Counted from the first letter of the stretch, positions 16,727 to 26,177 are shown. The stretch: DNA of 32,531 bases from an uncultured Candidatus Saccharibacteria bacterium (GCA_964347215.1 CAYFXS010000004.1:1-32531), one strand, 5' to 3'. A program made the numbers and translations. Notes: generated by a model not told the origin, from the sequence alone.

Positions 16727-18519
16727 TGCAGGAAGCCACCGGCTTGATGTTTCCACAATCGCTCATAAGTCCCACCAGCCTTAGTCAGCTCTTCGTGTGA
16801 ACCATCTTCCACAATCTGACCATTCTCTAGCACTAAGATACGATCCATTTCTCGCAGAGTAGACAATCGATGAGCAATTGCCACTACCGTCTTACCTTCC
16901 ATCAAGGCTTGTAACGCCTTCTGAATTTCCACCTCACTCTCAGAATCCAAAGCCGAAGTAGCTTCGTCAAGAATAAGAATCGGAGCATCCTTAAGCATGG
17001 CTCGAGCAATCGCAATCCGTTGCTTCTGACCACCAGACAGTTTCACACCTCGCTCCCCTACCAAAGTATCGTAACCCTCTGGCAACTCTGCAATGAAGTC
17101 GTGCGCCTGGGCTTTTTTAGCCACTTCAATAATCTCATCATCGCTGGCGCCTGACTTACCATAAGCAATGTTTTCACGAATAGTCCGATGGAATAACAAT
17201 GGCTCTTGCGGCACCACTGCCATCGCTTCACGTAAGGAATCCTGAGTCACATGTGCAATGTTTTGACCATCAATTTCAATGACTCCTGACTGAATATCAT
17301 GCTGACGCAATAGTAGAGACACAAAAGTAGTCTTACCAGCACCAGACGGACCAACCAGACCAACTCTTTGCCCAGAATTTATATTAAGATTGAAGTTATC
17401 GAAGACTCGGTTTTGACCGTAGTCAAAAACAACATCATTCCAACTTACTTCACCTGTTTCCGTTTTTAACTCAGTGGCGTTATTTGCGTCTTTAATCTCA
17501 TGATCAATCAAAATACCCTCTAAACCTTCCTGGGTCTCACCATAATAACGCATTAATCTATTGAAGATCTCTCCAATCGAAAGCATCGAGTACGAAGCCG
17601 TAAAGCTGGCCATCATCACCAAGATGACATTACCGGGAGTTGCCACCTCTTCTTTTAGAAATGTATAAGTAGCCCACAATACCGCACTAGTCATAATCAA
17701 AGCCAGCACATTGTTAATTGTGTTTATATGCTGAGCAAAATGCCACTGCTTAATATCTTTATTACCCCGATCTTCGATATAGTCATAGATACGCTTTTCT
17801 TCCTCAGCAAAATTGGCGTACTGACGTACAGCCTGCACATTGGTCAATGTATCAATTACCTGACCACGCAAAAGTGTTGTCGCCGCAGAAAATCTCTCCA
17901 CCATCGGTCGTCTAATCTGCACCAAAAAATAATTGATGAAGACTGTAATCACAATTACCACAAAGAAACCGAGTGTTAACCAAGGACTGACAAGAGCCAA
18001 CAAAGTTCCAGATACAATAATTCCCGTACCATGACGCGAGACATCGAACAGTACGCTGAGTAACATCTCACTACTTCCGTCTGACGCATGAGCGATCTTG
18101 TTCGAAACTGATCCAGAAAAATTATCAGTAAAATAAGTATGAGAATGAGCCGCTGTATGTCGATACAGAATTTTCCCAGCCAATTTATTTTGTCGTATCA
18201 CGAAAGTAGCTCCCGCATAACCAGCTGTTCGCCAGCCAATATAAATAGTTACCAATAAACCAATGAATATGAAAATCCATTGATAAACCACCTCAATCTG
18301 AGCCGCCAAGTTATTAGCTGCTAACAACGTGTCAACAAAAGTACTAATCAGGAAAGACTGCATTGATCCAGCGGTTTGAGCCACTACTACACCGAGCACA
18401 GCTAAAATACCCAGCCACAAACTAGGCTTGGCTGTGAACCAAGTAAAAGCAATTGGTTTGTTAGGAATCAAACCGGTATAAGCCGCTTTAGCAGCGGTTG
18501 TGTTTGTTTCTTTTTTCAT
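16720..18519 (-). CDS. ABC exporter, fused permease/ATPase (MsbA-like type I exporter)
   Basis: Six-TM N-terminal domain, Walker A GPSGAGKTT, signature LSGGQKQR, Walker B ILILDEATS. Confidence 0.9.
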   Translation of the reverse strand: MKKETNTTAAKAAYTGLIPNKPIAFTWFTAKPSLWLGILAVLGVVVAQTAGSMQSFLISTFVDTLLAANNLAAQIEVVYQWIFIFIGLLVTIYIGWRTAGYAGATFVIRQNKLAGKILYRHTAAHSHTYFTDNFSGSVSNKIAHASDGSSEMLLSVLFDVSRHGTGIIVSGTLLALVSPWLTLGFFVVIVITVFINYFLVQIRRPMVERFSAATTLLRGQVIDTLTNVQAVRQYANFAEEEKRIYDYIEDRGNKDIKQWHFAQHINTINNVLALIMTSAVLWATYTFLKEEVATPGNVILVMMASFTASYSMLSIGEIFNRLMRYYGETQEGLEGILIDHEIKDANNATELKTETGEVSWNDVVFDYGQNRVFDNFNLNINSGQRVGLVGPSGAGKTTFVSLLLRQHDIQSGVIEIDGQNIAHVTQDSLREAMAVVPQEPLLFHRTIRENIAYGKSGASDDEIIEVAKKAQAHDFIAELPEGYDTLVGERGVKLSGGQKQRIAIARAMLKDAPILILDEATSALDSESEVEIQKALQALMEGKTVVAIAHRLSTLREMDRILVLENGQIVEDGSHEELTKAGGTYERLWKHQAGGFLQE

Positions 18520-18644
18520 GATTAAAGCTCTAAGTAAGATCCAAAAAAATCATAATTCGAATCAGGAGTATTTGGAGCAGTTGTATTTTAGACGTACGGA
18601 AACAGGTTTTCTTTCAGACTAGGCGGGCAAAGCTCGCCCAGCTT

Positions 18645-19211
18645 TTATTCTAACACCGAGCGAATATCAGCTTCTGAAATCTCTCCTTCACGGAAGATTT
18701 GCACCTCACTTCCAGTCACTTTTACTACAGTAGAAGCCAAACCTTTACGAGCCCCATCATCATGGATCTCATCAATCAAATTAGCTTTTTCACCAAACTG
18801 CTGCAGAATCTCTCCTGGCGTTGGCAAAGTAGGCGCTCCACTCACATTAGCGCTCGTACAAGTCAAAGGGACTCCATACTCATCCATAAAGGCGGAGATA
18901 ATTTTCTCTGCCATCGGATCTGGTGAAATACGGAAACCGATCGTACCATCTGAGGCTAAACTTTCTTTAGGAACGCTATCTCTAGCATCTAAAATCAGAG
19001 TCAGTGATCCAGGTAAAAATCGTTCTACGATTTTTGCCGCCGCTTCAGTCACTACTCCATACTGACTTATATCCTCGATATTCCGTACTAACCAACTAGG
19101 TGGCTTATCGTCTCCTCTCCCCTTAAGTTTTTGTAGACTATCTACCGCCTCTTTATCTAGAGCGTTCACCCCTAAGGCATAAAGCGTTTCTGTCGGATAC
19201 AAAATTATCAT
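18645..19211 (-). CDS. tsaC: L-threonylcarbamoyladenylate synthase (YrdC/TsaC type)
   Basis: YPTETLYALGVNA, RISPDP and TSANVSG motifs of the YrdC/Sua5 domain. It is single-domain at 188 aa. Confidence 0.85.
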   Translation of the reverse strand: MIILYPTETLYALGVNALDKEAVDSLQKLKGRGDDKPPSWLVRNIEDISQYGVVTEAAAKIVERFLPGSLTLILDARDSVPKESLASDGTIGFRISPDPMAEKIISAFMDEYGVPLTCTSANVSGAPTLPTPGEILQQFGEKANLIDEIHDDGARKGLASTVVKVTGSEVQIFREGEISEADIRSVLE

Positions 19212-19228
19212 TAATTTATATATAGCAT

Positions 19229-19266
19229 AAAAAAAGGCAGGTGCGCTAGCGCACCTGCCTTTTTTT
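19229..19266. terminator. bidirectional terminator
   Basis: A7 ggcaggtgcgc tagc... gcgcacctgcc T7, a perfect palindrome. Confidence 0.8.
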
Positions 19267-19273
19267 AATAAAC

Positions 19274-19438
19274 TTAAACAGTTTTTTCTGCTTCCGCTGG
19301 AGCTTCATTCGCTTCAACTTCAGTTTCAGTTGCTGTTTCTGTAGCCACTTCTTCAGCCGAAGTGCTGTCTGTTGCCGGAGCTACTGGAGCAGCTTCAGCT
19401 TCGTTCTTCTTGAACAGGCCAAGTAATTTACTGAACAT
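19274..19438 (-). CDS. candidate small protein (54 aa): amphipathic N-terminus plus acidic tail
   Basis: Below the track cutoff. Sequence: MFSKLLGLFKKNEAEAAPVAPATDSTSAEEVATETATETEVEANEAPAEAEKTV. It ends 8 nt before the strong terminator. No clear SD. Confidence 0.4.
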   Translation of the reverse strand: MFSKLLGLFKKNEAEAAPVAPATDSTSAEEVATETATETEVEANEAPAEAEKTV

Positions 19439-19562
19439 AACCAAATAATTATTTACAATGCCCCGGATTATACCTTAATCAACCACCTTACTGTGAGTTG
19501 ATGTGCACAGAAAACGTTGTATATAACTTGTTTATTTGAACCTAAGAAAGTATCATGTATAA

Positions 19563-20249
19563 ATGAAGTCTAAATGGTCCCATTTAAAACCAGAAGCAAT
19601 CAAACTAAGAAAGCAAGGTAAATCGCTAGCATATGTTCACAACCAATTAAACATCCCCAAATCAACTCTGAGCTACTGGTTTAAGGGCATTGAGTTAACA
19701 ACAAGGCAAAAAGCACAACTCCATAAAAACTGGCAAAATGCATTAGTAAAAGCACGCAAGGAAGCAGTGAAGTGGCACAACACTCAAAAGCAAGAACGTT
19801 TGAAGTTGGCCAAAACTGAAGCAAAAGAAACGTTAAGTAACATTGACACCAACAATAAACATATATTGGAACTAACCTTAGCAGTTCTATACTTAGCTGA
19901 AGGATCTAAGAAAAATGTTGAAACTGCCCTCGGTAGCTCTGACCCCAACACATTACGATTCTTTATAAAAGGACTAGAAACAATATATAATTTTGACATA
20001 GAAAAAATTCGCTGTGAACTATATCTAAGATCTGATCAGAAACCAGAAGAGATGCGGCGGTACTGGGCAAAAGAACTATCACTACCAATCAAGAATTTCA
20101 AACAAGTAAATGTTGACAAAAGGAGTGAAGGAAAAGAAACTTACAGTGATTACAAAGGTGTTTGCAGCCTTAGATGCGGAAATGTGGCCATCAGAAGACG
20201 TTTAGTCTACCTAGCTGAGGAATATTTTGCTATAATCGGCAACCAATAG
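19563..20249 (+). CDS. HTH plus LAGLIDADG-like homing-endonuclease-like protein
   Basis: N-terminal HTH (GKSLAYVHNQLNIPKSTLSYWFKG). LAVLYLAEGSK resembles a LAGLIDADG motif. The stop is 4 nt before tRNA-Val. Confidence 0.5.
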   Translation: MKSKWSHLKPEAIKLRKQGKSLAYVHNQLNIPKSTLSYWFKGIELTTRQKAQLHKNWQNALVKARKEAVKWHNTQKQERLKLAKTEAKETLSNIDTNNKHILELTLAVLYLAEGSKKNVETALGSSDPNTLRFFIKGLETIYNFDIEKIRCELYLRSDQKPEEMRRYWAKELSLPIKNFKQVNVDKRSEGKETYSDYKGVCSLRCGNVAIRRRLVYLAEEYFAIIGNQ

Positions 20250-20253
20250 AACA

Positions 20254-20327
20254 GCGCGTATAGCTCAGCTGGTTAGAGTGTCCGCTTGACATGCGGGAGG
20301 TCCCAAGTTCAAATCTTGGTACGCGCA
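20254..20327 (+). tRNA. tRNA-Val (anticodon GAC)
   Basis: GCGCGTA TA GCTC AGCTGGTTA GAGT G TCCGC TTGACAT GCGGG AGGTC CCAAG TTCAAAT CTTGG TACGCGC A. Confidence 0.9.
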
Positions 20328-20352
20328 CATATAAGTTTAAGTAACAGTTGTT

Positions 20353-21219
20353 ATGGAGAACGAAACATTGAAAGACGTAGTGATTATTTACCATGGCAAT
20401 TGCCGCGACGGTTTTGGTGCCGCTTACGCTGCCTGGAAAAAATATGGTGACAACGCATCATATATTCCTCACCGAGATCATAAAAATCCTCCAGCCGGAC
20501 TAACTGATAAAGAAATCTACATCGTAGACTTCAGCTTTGATCGTGAGACATTACAAAAGTTATTGGATACCAACAAGTCAGTCTTGGTGATGGACCATCA
20601 CCAAACCCGCAAAGCTGATGTGGAGAGTTTTCCAGAAAATATCTTCGACAACGACCATTCAGGTGCCTACCTAGCTTGGAAATACTTCCATCCTGAAACA
20701 GATGTGCCTGAACTTCTCCTACAAGTTGAGGATCATGACTTATGGAAATTCCAAATGATGGACAACCGTGAGTACAACACTGCCATCGGTCTTTACCCAA
20801 TGACTTTTGAATCTTGGGATTTAATGATCGAATCTCTAAAAGACGATAAAGAACGGTTACAATTCATCGCTAAGGGAAATCTGGTAGCACGCTTTGAAGA
20901 TAAGTTAGTAAATAACATTCTGAAGTACAAAGAACGAGTCCTTTTTGAAGGACACGAAATCTGGGTTATTAATGCAGAACGAACTTATCGTTCAATTTTA
21001 GGCAACCGATTAGCTGGACTGAATCTACAAGAAGAGCAAACTCCAATCGGAATTGTTTATTATAGATACGATGGTCACGTGCACGTATCCATGCGTAGCC
21101 ATGGTGACACCGATGTAGCGACTATTGCTCAAAAATACGGTGGTGGTGGTCATAAAAACGCCGCCAACTTCCGAGTCGAAAACTTCAGCGACTTACCATT
21201 TGAATTCGTTGAAAATTAG
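20353..21219 (+). CDS. DHH/DHHA1-family phosphoesterase (NrnA-like)
   Basis: HGNCRDGFGAA, VMDHH, and the DHHA1 motif GGGGHKNAA. Confidence 0.75.
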   Translation: MENETLKDVVIIYHGNCRDGFGAAYAAWKKYGDNASYIPHRDHKNPPAGLTDKEIYIVDFSFDRETLQKLLDTNKSVLVMDHHQTRKADVESFPENIFDNDHSGAYLAWKYFHPETDVPELLLQVEDHDLWKFQMMDNREYNTAIGLYPMTFESWDLMIESLKDDKERLQFIAKGNLVARFEDKLVNNILKYKERVLFEGHEIWVINAERTYRSILGNRLAGLNLQEEQTPIGIVYYRYDGHVHVSMRSHGDTDVATIAQKYGGGGHKNAANFRVENFSDLPFEFVEN

Positions 21220-21233
21220 GTTATTGTAGCCAG

Positions 21234-22412
21234 ATGAAAATTCTATCCATTGAAACTTCTGCCGATGAAAGCGCTGTTAGCATTGTCTCAGTAGAAGGTC
21301 AGTTTCCAGAAGCAAAGTACGAAATCTTGGGCAACAGCCTACGTTCCCAAGTTGAAATGCATGCTGAATATGGAGGAATCTTCCCTGCTATGGCCAAGCG
21401 CGAGCACGCTAAAGCTTTAACCCCCCTACTAGAAGTTGCTCTAGAAGAAGCGGAGCTACTGGAGAAGAGTGAAGACGAACTGACCCAAGAACAGGTTGAG
21501 GAACTGAGTGAACTTCTCTATCGAGAACCAGACATGACCGAAGTACTAACCAACTTCTTAAACACTCATGAAAAACCCGAGATCGACCTTATCGCAGTCA
21601 CTTCAGGACCAGGTTTAGAACCAGCCCTTTGGGTCGGTGTAAATTTTGCCAAAGCTCTAGCTACTGTTTGGAACATCCCGATTGTTCCAGTAAACCACAT
21701 GGAAGGCCACCTACTAGCTAGTATTTTTGATGTTGAAGAAGACGATCAGTTATCTCGGATAGAATTCCCGACCATCTCCCTACTCATCTCTGGTGGACAT
21801 ACTGAATTTATCCTCATGAAAAACTGGGGTGAATACGAAAAAGTTGGACAAACCAAAGACGATGCTGTCGGTGAAGCCTACGACAAAGTAGCTCGCATGA
21901 TCGGACTATCCTACCCAGGCGGACCAGAGATTGAGAAACTATCCGAGAAAGCTCGAAAGCATAATCTGCCACCTTACGCAGACTTACCTCGACCAATGCT
22001 ACATAGTGGTGACTTAGATTTTTCTTTTTCTGGACTTAAAACCGCTGTTCGTTACGCCATAGATGAAAAAAATCTACTCGAAACAGACAAGCAAGCCATC
22101 GCTAGAGACTTTGAAGATGCGGTGGAAGAAGTTCTGATCAAAAAAACTCGGTCTGCACTAGACGAGTATGGAGCTAAAACTTTTATTGTTGGTGGTGGTG
22201 TTAGCGCTAGCCAGTTCCTACGCAACAGTTTCAACGCCGCCCTGCTAGAAAGTCATCCTGATGTAGAGGTTTACTTCCCTCACCGTAAGATGTCTACCGA
22301 CAACTCAATCATGATTGCCTTAGCTGGCCACGCTCGTTCTCAAAACGCCAGCAATCCCGCTGCTAGTAAGTACATAAAGGCCGACGGAAATAGATCACTT
22401 GATACCGAATAG
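21234..22412 (+). CDS. tsaD: tRNA N6-adenosine threonylcarbamoyltransferase
   Basis: ILSIETSADES, HMEGHLLA, LLISGGHTEF, DDAVGEAYDKVARMIGLSYPGGPEIE. It carries an acidic insertion of about 50 aa after residue 65. Confidence 0.9.
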   Translation: MKILSIETSADESAVSIVSVEGQFPEAKYEILGNSLRSQVEMHAEYGGIFPAMAKREHAKALTPLLEVALEEAELLEKSEDELTQEQVEELSELLYREPDMTEVLTNFLNTHEKPEIDLIAVTSGPGLEPALWVGVNFAKALATVWNIPIVPVNHMEGHLLASIFDVEEDDQLSRIEFPTISLLISGGHTEFILMKNWGEYEKVGQTKDDAVGEAYDKVARMIGLSYPGGPEIEKLSEKARKHNLPPYADLPRPMLHSGDLDFSFSGLKTAVRYAIDEKNLLETDKQAIARDFEDAVEEVLIKKTRSALDEYGAKTFIVGGGVSASQFLRNSFNAALLESHPDVEVYFPHRKMSTDNSIMIALAGHARSQNASNPAASKYIKADGNRSLDTE

Positions 22413-22500
22413 CGACTCATTTCTCTATCTAACAACAGCTGTTCAGTAGAATACAAAATAGCTTTAAAACCAGCTGTATTCATGCTACGATTCGCTTCAT

Positions 22501-24672
22501 ATGAGCGAGCAAAAAAGTAGTATTCCAGAGGTTTTTTTGAAACCTTACGACCCAGCCGCACACGAGGCTGATATTTATAAGATGTGGGAAGAATCAGGTT
22601 ATTTTTCACCTGAAAACTTACCGCCTAATGAAGATGGTGAACGGACAGAGCCGTTTACTATTGTCATGCCTCCACCGAACGCTAACGCTTCTCTACATGC
22701 TGGTCACGCCCTCTTCGTAACAGTGGAAGATATCATGATGCGTTTTGAGCGTATGCGCGGAAAGAAAGCTCTTTGGCTACCTGGTTCAGACCACGCTGGC
22801 TTTGAAACTCAAGCAGTTTACGAAAAGCACTTGCAGAAGCAAAAACGCTCACGCTTCGACATGTCTCGTGAAGAACTCTACAATGAAATCTGGGATTTTG
22901 TACAAGAAAACAAATCATCAATGGAAGACCAAGTACGCTCACTTGGAGCATCGTGTGACTGGACACGAGAGCTCTTTACCCTTGATGATCGAGTAGTAAA
23001 GATTGTCTACGACACATTCAAACAACTAGAGGAAGACGAACTTCTCTACCGTGGTGCTCGTACAGTTAATTGGTGTCCAAAACATCAAACTTCTTTCTCC
23101 AACCTTGAAGTAACCTACGATGAGCGAAAAGACCCATTCTATTACTTCCAATACGGACCATTTGTCATCGGTACCGCACGACCAGAAACCAAGTTTGGCG
23201 ACAAATACGTAGTTATGCACCCAGACGATGAGCGCTACGCTGAATACAAACATGGTGACACTTTTGAACTGGAATGGATTAACGGACCAATCACAGCCAC
23301 CGTCATCAAAGACGAGGCTGGTGATCCTGAAATGGGTTCAGGTGTCATGACTATTACTCCATGGCACTCTAACGTGGACGCAGAAATCGCTAAGAGACAT
23401 GATCTAGACTTTGAACAAATTATCGACTGGCGCGGTAAATTACTACCAATTGCTGGTGAAGAGTTTGAAGGCATGAACATCAAAGATGCCCGCCAAAAGA
23501 TTGTCGACAAACTGGATGCCAAAGGTTTGCTGGTAAAAATTGATGAAGACTACGAACACTCAGTACCCTGCTGCTACAAGTGTAATCGTGAGATTGAACC
23601 TCAGATTAAGGAACAATGGTTCGTCCATATGAAACCTTTGGCAGAAAAAGCCCTTAAAGCTTTGGATGATAAACGTTTTGAATTCGTCACTGAACGAGAT
23701 GAGCGCGTCTTCCGACACTGGTTAGAGAACATAGAAGACTGGCCAATTGCTCGTCAGATTGCTTGGGGTATTCCAATCCCAGCTAAGATCTGTACTGACT
23801 GCGGACACGGCATGGTTGATTTGGATGAATCAATTGATAAATGTACAAAATGTTCAGGAGCTGTTGAAGTTGACCCAGATACTTTTGACACCTGGTTCTC
23901 TAGTGGTCAGTGGCCACTTGCTACAACTGATTTCCCTGACGGAGACGATTTCAAAAACTACTACCCAACTAGTGTTGTGGATACGATGTGGGATATTTTA
24001 TTTTTCTGGGTAGCACGCATGATTATGCTTGGTCTTTACCGCACTGATGAGGTGCCATTTAAAAAGATTTATTTGCACGGTATGGTGCGTGACAAGAAAG
24101 GGCAGAAAATGAGTAAGAGTAAAGGTAACGTGATTGCTCCTAGCGAAATTCAGGAAAAATACGGAACAGATGCTTTGCGCATGGGTCTAATGGTAAACAA
24201 CGTACCGGGAGCAGATATGAACCTAGACCCTGATAAGGTTAATGCGTACAAGAAGTTTGCTAACAAGCTATGGAACATCACTCGCTTCACCTTAGACAAC
24301 CTAGAGGGCTATACACCTGGAGTTGACCACACTCCAGAAGACACAGTCTACGAGGAGAAAAATCTATTCCCAGCGATAAAAGAGATCACAGAACACATGG
24401 ATCGCGACCGCTTTGACCTAGCTTCTGAACAGATTTACCACTTTGTTTGGGATCACTTCGCTAGTACTGTAATTGAAGATTCTAAGCCACTACTAGCTGA
24501 AGGAGGTGATGTGCGAGCCTCACGACAAAGACTTCTACACCACTACCTAATCACCTCCCTAAAGTTACTGCACCCATACATGCCGTTTGTAACTGAAACC
24601 ATCTGGCAAGAACTGCCTGATGAACTAAAGGATACCGACATGTTGATGGTCGCACCTTGGCCTAAGGTCTAG
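22501..24672 (+). CDS. valS: valine--tRNA ligase (short form, no C-terminal coiled coil)
   Basis: PPPNANASLHAGHA (HIGH), GSDHAGFETQ, a CP1 editing region, and KMSKSKGN. Confidence 0.9.
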   Translation: MSEQKSSIPEVFLKPYDPAAHEADIYKMWEESGYFSPENLPPNEDGERTEPFTIVMPPPNANASLHAGHALFVTVEDIMMRFERMRGKKALWLPGSDHAGFETQAVYEKHLQKQKRSRFDMSREELYNEIWDFVQENKSSMEDQVRSLGASCDWTRELFTLDDRVVKIVYDTFKQLEEDELLYRGARTVNWCPKHQTSFSNLEVTYDERKDPFYYFQYGPFVIGTARPETKFGDKYVVMHPDDERYAEYKHGDTFELEWINGPITATVIKDEAGDPEMGSGVMTITPWHSNVDAEIAKRHDLDFEQIIDWRGKLLPIAGEEFEGMNIKDARQKIVDKLDAKGLLVKIDEDYEHSVPCCYKCNREIEPQIKEQWFVHMKPLAEKALKALDDKRFEFVTERDERVFRHWLENIEDWPIARQIAWGIPIPAKICTDCGHGMVDLDESIDKCTKCSGAVEVDPDTFDTWFSSGQWPLATTDFPDGDDFKNYYPTSVVDTMWDILFFWVARMIMLGLYRTDEVPFKKIYLHGMVRDKKGQKMSKSKGNVIAPSEIQEKYGTDALRMGLMVNNVPGADMNLDPDKVNAYKKFANKLWNITRFTLDNLEGYTPGVDHTPEDTVYEEKNLFPAIKEITEHMDRDRFDLASEQIYHFVWDHFASTVIEDSKPLLAEGGDVRASRQRLLHHYLITSLKLLHPYMPFVTETIWQELPDELKDTDMLMVAPWPKV

Positions 24673-24683
24673 ATGTAATAAAT

Positions 24684-24731
24684 AAAGTAAATGCTGGGTG
24701 ACCCCGTACGGGGTCACCCAGCATTTACTTT
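24684..24731 (+). terminator. 22-bp palindromic terminator after valS
   Basis: aaagtaaatgctgggtgacccc gtac ggggtcacccagcatttacttt. Confidence 0.8.
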
Positions 24732-24803
24732 ATGCAGATAAAAGTTGACCTCTACTTTCATTTTTAATATAGTACCCTCAAATCGAGCAACAGCGAGGGA
24801 AAA

Positions 24804-25097
24804 ATGGCGAGATTTGACGGCGGGAAGTTCAACACACCTCCAAAGATTGTGGAGGTGAAGAAACCGTGGACATGCCCTAACAGAGGACTAGTGGTGACTC
24901 ACAAGTTTATTGGCGAGGTAAATGAATTCTGCTCTGGTGATGGAACATCAGTAAGAATCAGTGGTTTTATTCTACAACCTGATCCTCAGTACCAAGAAGA
25001 AGGTCACCACCCTGTAAAGGTACGGAAAGTGGATGCAGACATAGTCATGCAAGACATGCTCATGATAGAAGCAAGTTGTGGCTTCCATATTCACTAA
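24804..25097 (+). CDS. hypothetical protein (97 aa), orphan
   Basis: GAGGGA lies upstream of the ATG, and two hairpins follow. No family recognised. Confidence 0.5.
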   Translation: MARFDGGKFNTPPKIVEVKKPWTCPNRGLVVTHKFIGEVNEFCSGDGTSVRISGFILQPDPQYQEEGHHPVKVRKVDADIVMQDMLMIEASCGFHIH

Positions 25098-25111
25098 CCG
25101 AATAAACCACC

Positions 25112-25136
25112 AGGCGCGCAATCCGGCGCGCCTTTC
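25112..25136 (+). terminator. GC-rich terminator hairpin
   Basis: aggcgcgc aatccg gcgcgcct ttc. Confidence 0.6.
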
Positions 25137-25158
25137 TGATTCTGCATCTCCCCATTGT

Positions 25159-25190
25159 AAGCTGGGTGACCGTAAGGTCATCCAGCTTTC
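25159..25190 (+). repeat. hairpin related to the valS terminator core
   Basis: aaGCTGGGTGACC gtaa GGTCATCCAGCtt. The same GCTGGGTGACC...GGTCACCCAGC core occurs at 24693-24722. Confidence 0.7.
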
Positions 25191-25216
25191 TTGCTACAAT
25201 ACTCATATGGATCCCA

Positions 25217-25332
25217 CCCTTACATTGCCACTGTGTTGGGTGAGAAAAATAATTAATAATATGATGTCGATTATTATCAACAAACTAACTGCATTTGGCA
25301 CGCAAGCTTCGCTTGTAGTGGCAATGTAAGGG
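25217..25332 (+). promoter_or_regulatory. 16-bp perfect inverted repeat bracketing the prsW leader
   Basis: cccttacattgccact (25217-25232) pairs with agtggcaatgtaaggg (25317-25332). The right arm ends 5 nt before the GTG start. Confidence 0.4.
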
Positions 25333-25337
25333 TCGGG

Positions 25338-26069
25338 GTGGAATCAACGCATTTTGCGATTGCTTTTGTTGGCGGTTTAATACCAGCCTTATTTTGGCTA
25401 TGGTTCTGGCTACGAGAAGATAAAGAAAAACCAGAACCTTATCTATTGATAGCTCTAGCCTTTATTGGTGGAATGATGGTTGTACCACTAGCTCTCCCTA
25501 TTCAAAGATACGCCATTGATTATTTCCATGGTGAAAATCTTATTTTTGTCTGGGTTATTATCGAAGAAACACTTAAATACTCCGCCGCCTTAACTATGGT
25601 TCTATGGCAAAGAGCTGTCGATGAACCGATCGACGTCATTATCTATATGGTGACGGTAGCCTTAGGCTTTGCCGCTTTAGAAAACGCTCTATTCATTTTC
25701 AACCCCTTATCATCAGGTGACCTAGCCAACACTGCTCTCACTGGCTTTTTCCGCTTCCTAGGTGCCACCCTGCTCCACGTCTTAGCCTCAGGAACTGTCG
25801 GTGCATTTATGGCCATGGCCTTCTACAAAAACCGTCGCTTAAAACTAGCCTTTGGATCAATCGGTTTATTTATTGCCATCATCCTCCATGCTATGTTCAA
25901 CTTTTTCATCATGGACGCCAACGGTGAGACAATCCTTGGTGTTTTCCTTTTCGTCTGGATGGGTATTATCGTGCTTTTCTTGATCTTTGAAAAAGTAAAA
26001 ATTATTGAAGCTAGACACCTGGCTGCCCAAAAGATTAACCGACGCCGAGCTCGCAGGCGTCGTACGTAG
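25338..26069 (+). CDS. prsW: PrsW-family intramembrane metalloprotease
   Basis: Multi-TM protein with the EETLKY (EExxK) and HAMFN motifs typical of PrsW, and a basic C-terminal tail. Confidence 0.75.
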   Translation: MESTHFAIAFVGGLIPALFWLWFWLREDKEKPEPYLLIALAFIGGMMVVPLALPIQRYAIDYFHGENLIFVWVIIEETLKYSAALTMVLWQRAVDEPIDVIIYMVTVALGFAALENALFIFNPLSSGDLANTALTGFFRFLGATLLHVLASGTVGAFMAMAFYKNRRLKLAFGSIGLFIAIILHAMFNFFIMDANGETILGVFLFVWMGIIVLFLIFEKVKIIEARHLAAQKINRRRARRRRT

Positions 26070-26145
26070 ACCAGCGAAAAAAGTTAATATCTTAAACTGA
26101 CCTATTTTTTTCATGCTAAAATAAAACTGTAATTATTGACCTTTA

Positions 26146-26167
26146 CAGAGGGCGCTAACTCCCTCTG
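26146..26167 (+). promoter_or_regulatory. 7-bp inverted repeat in the hsp20 leader
   Basis: cagaggg cgctaact ccctctg, ending 10 nt before the ATG. No SD is visible. Confidence 0.3.
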
Positions 26168-26177
26168 CTCTATCAAG

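Noticed and set aside
18645-22412. tsaC ... tsaD proximity considered as a special t6A locus.
   Set aside because: The genes are on opposite strands and separated by unrelated genes. tsaB and tsaE are not in the window, but nothing can be concluded about them from 32 kb.
22413-22500. T-box leader upstream of valS.
   Set aside because: The gap is only 88 nt, with a single 7-bp stem (acagctg/cagctgt). That is far too short, and no T-box sequence is visible.
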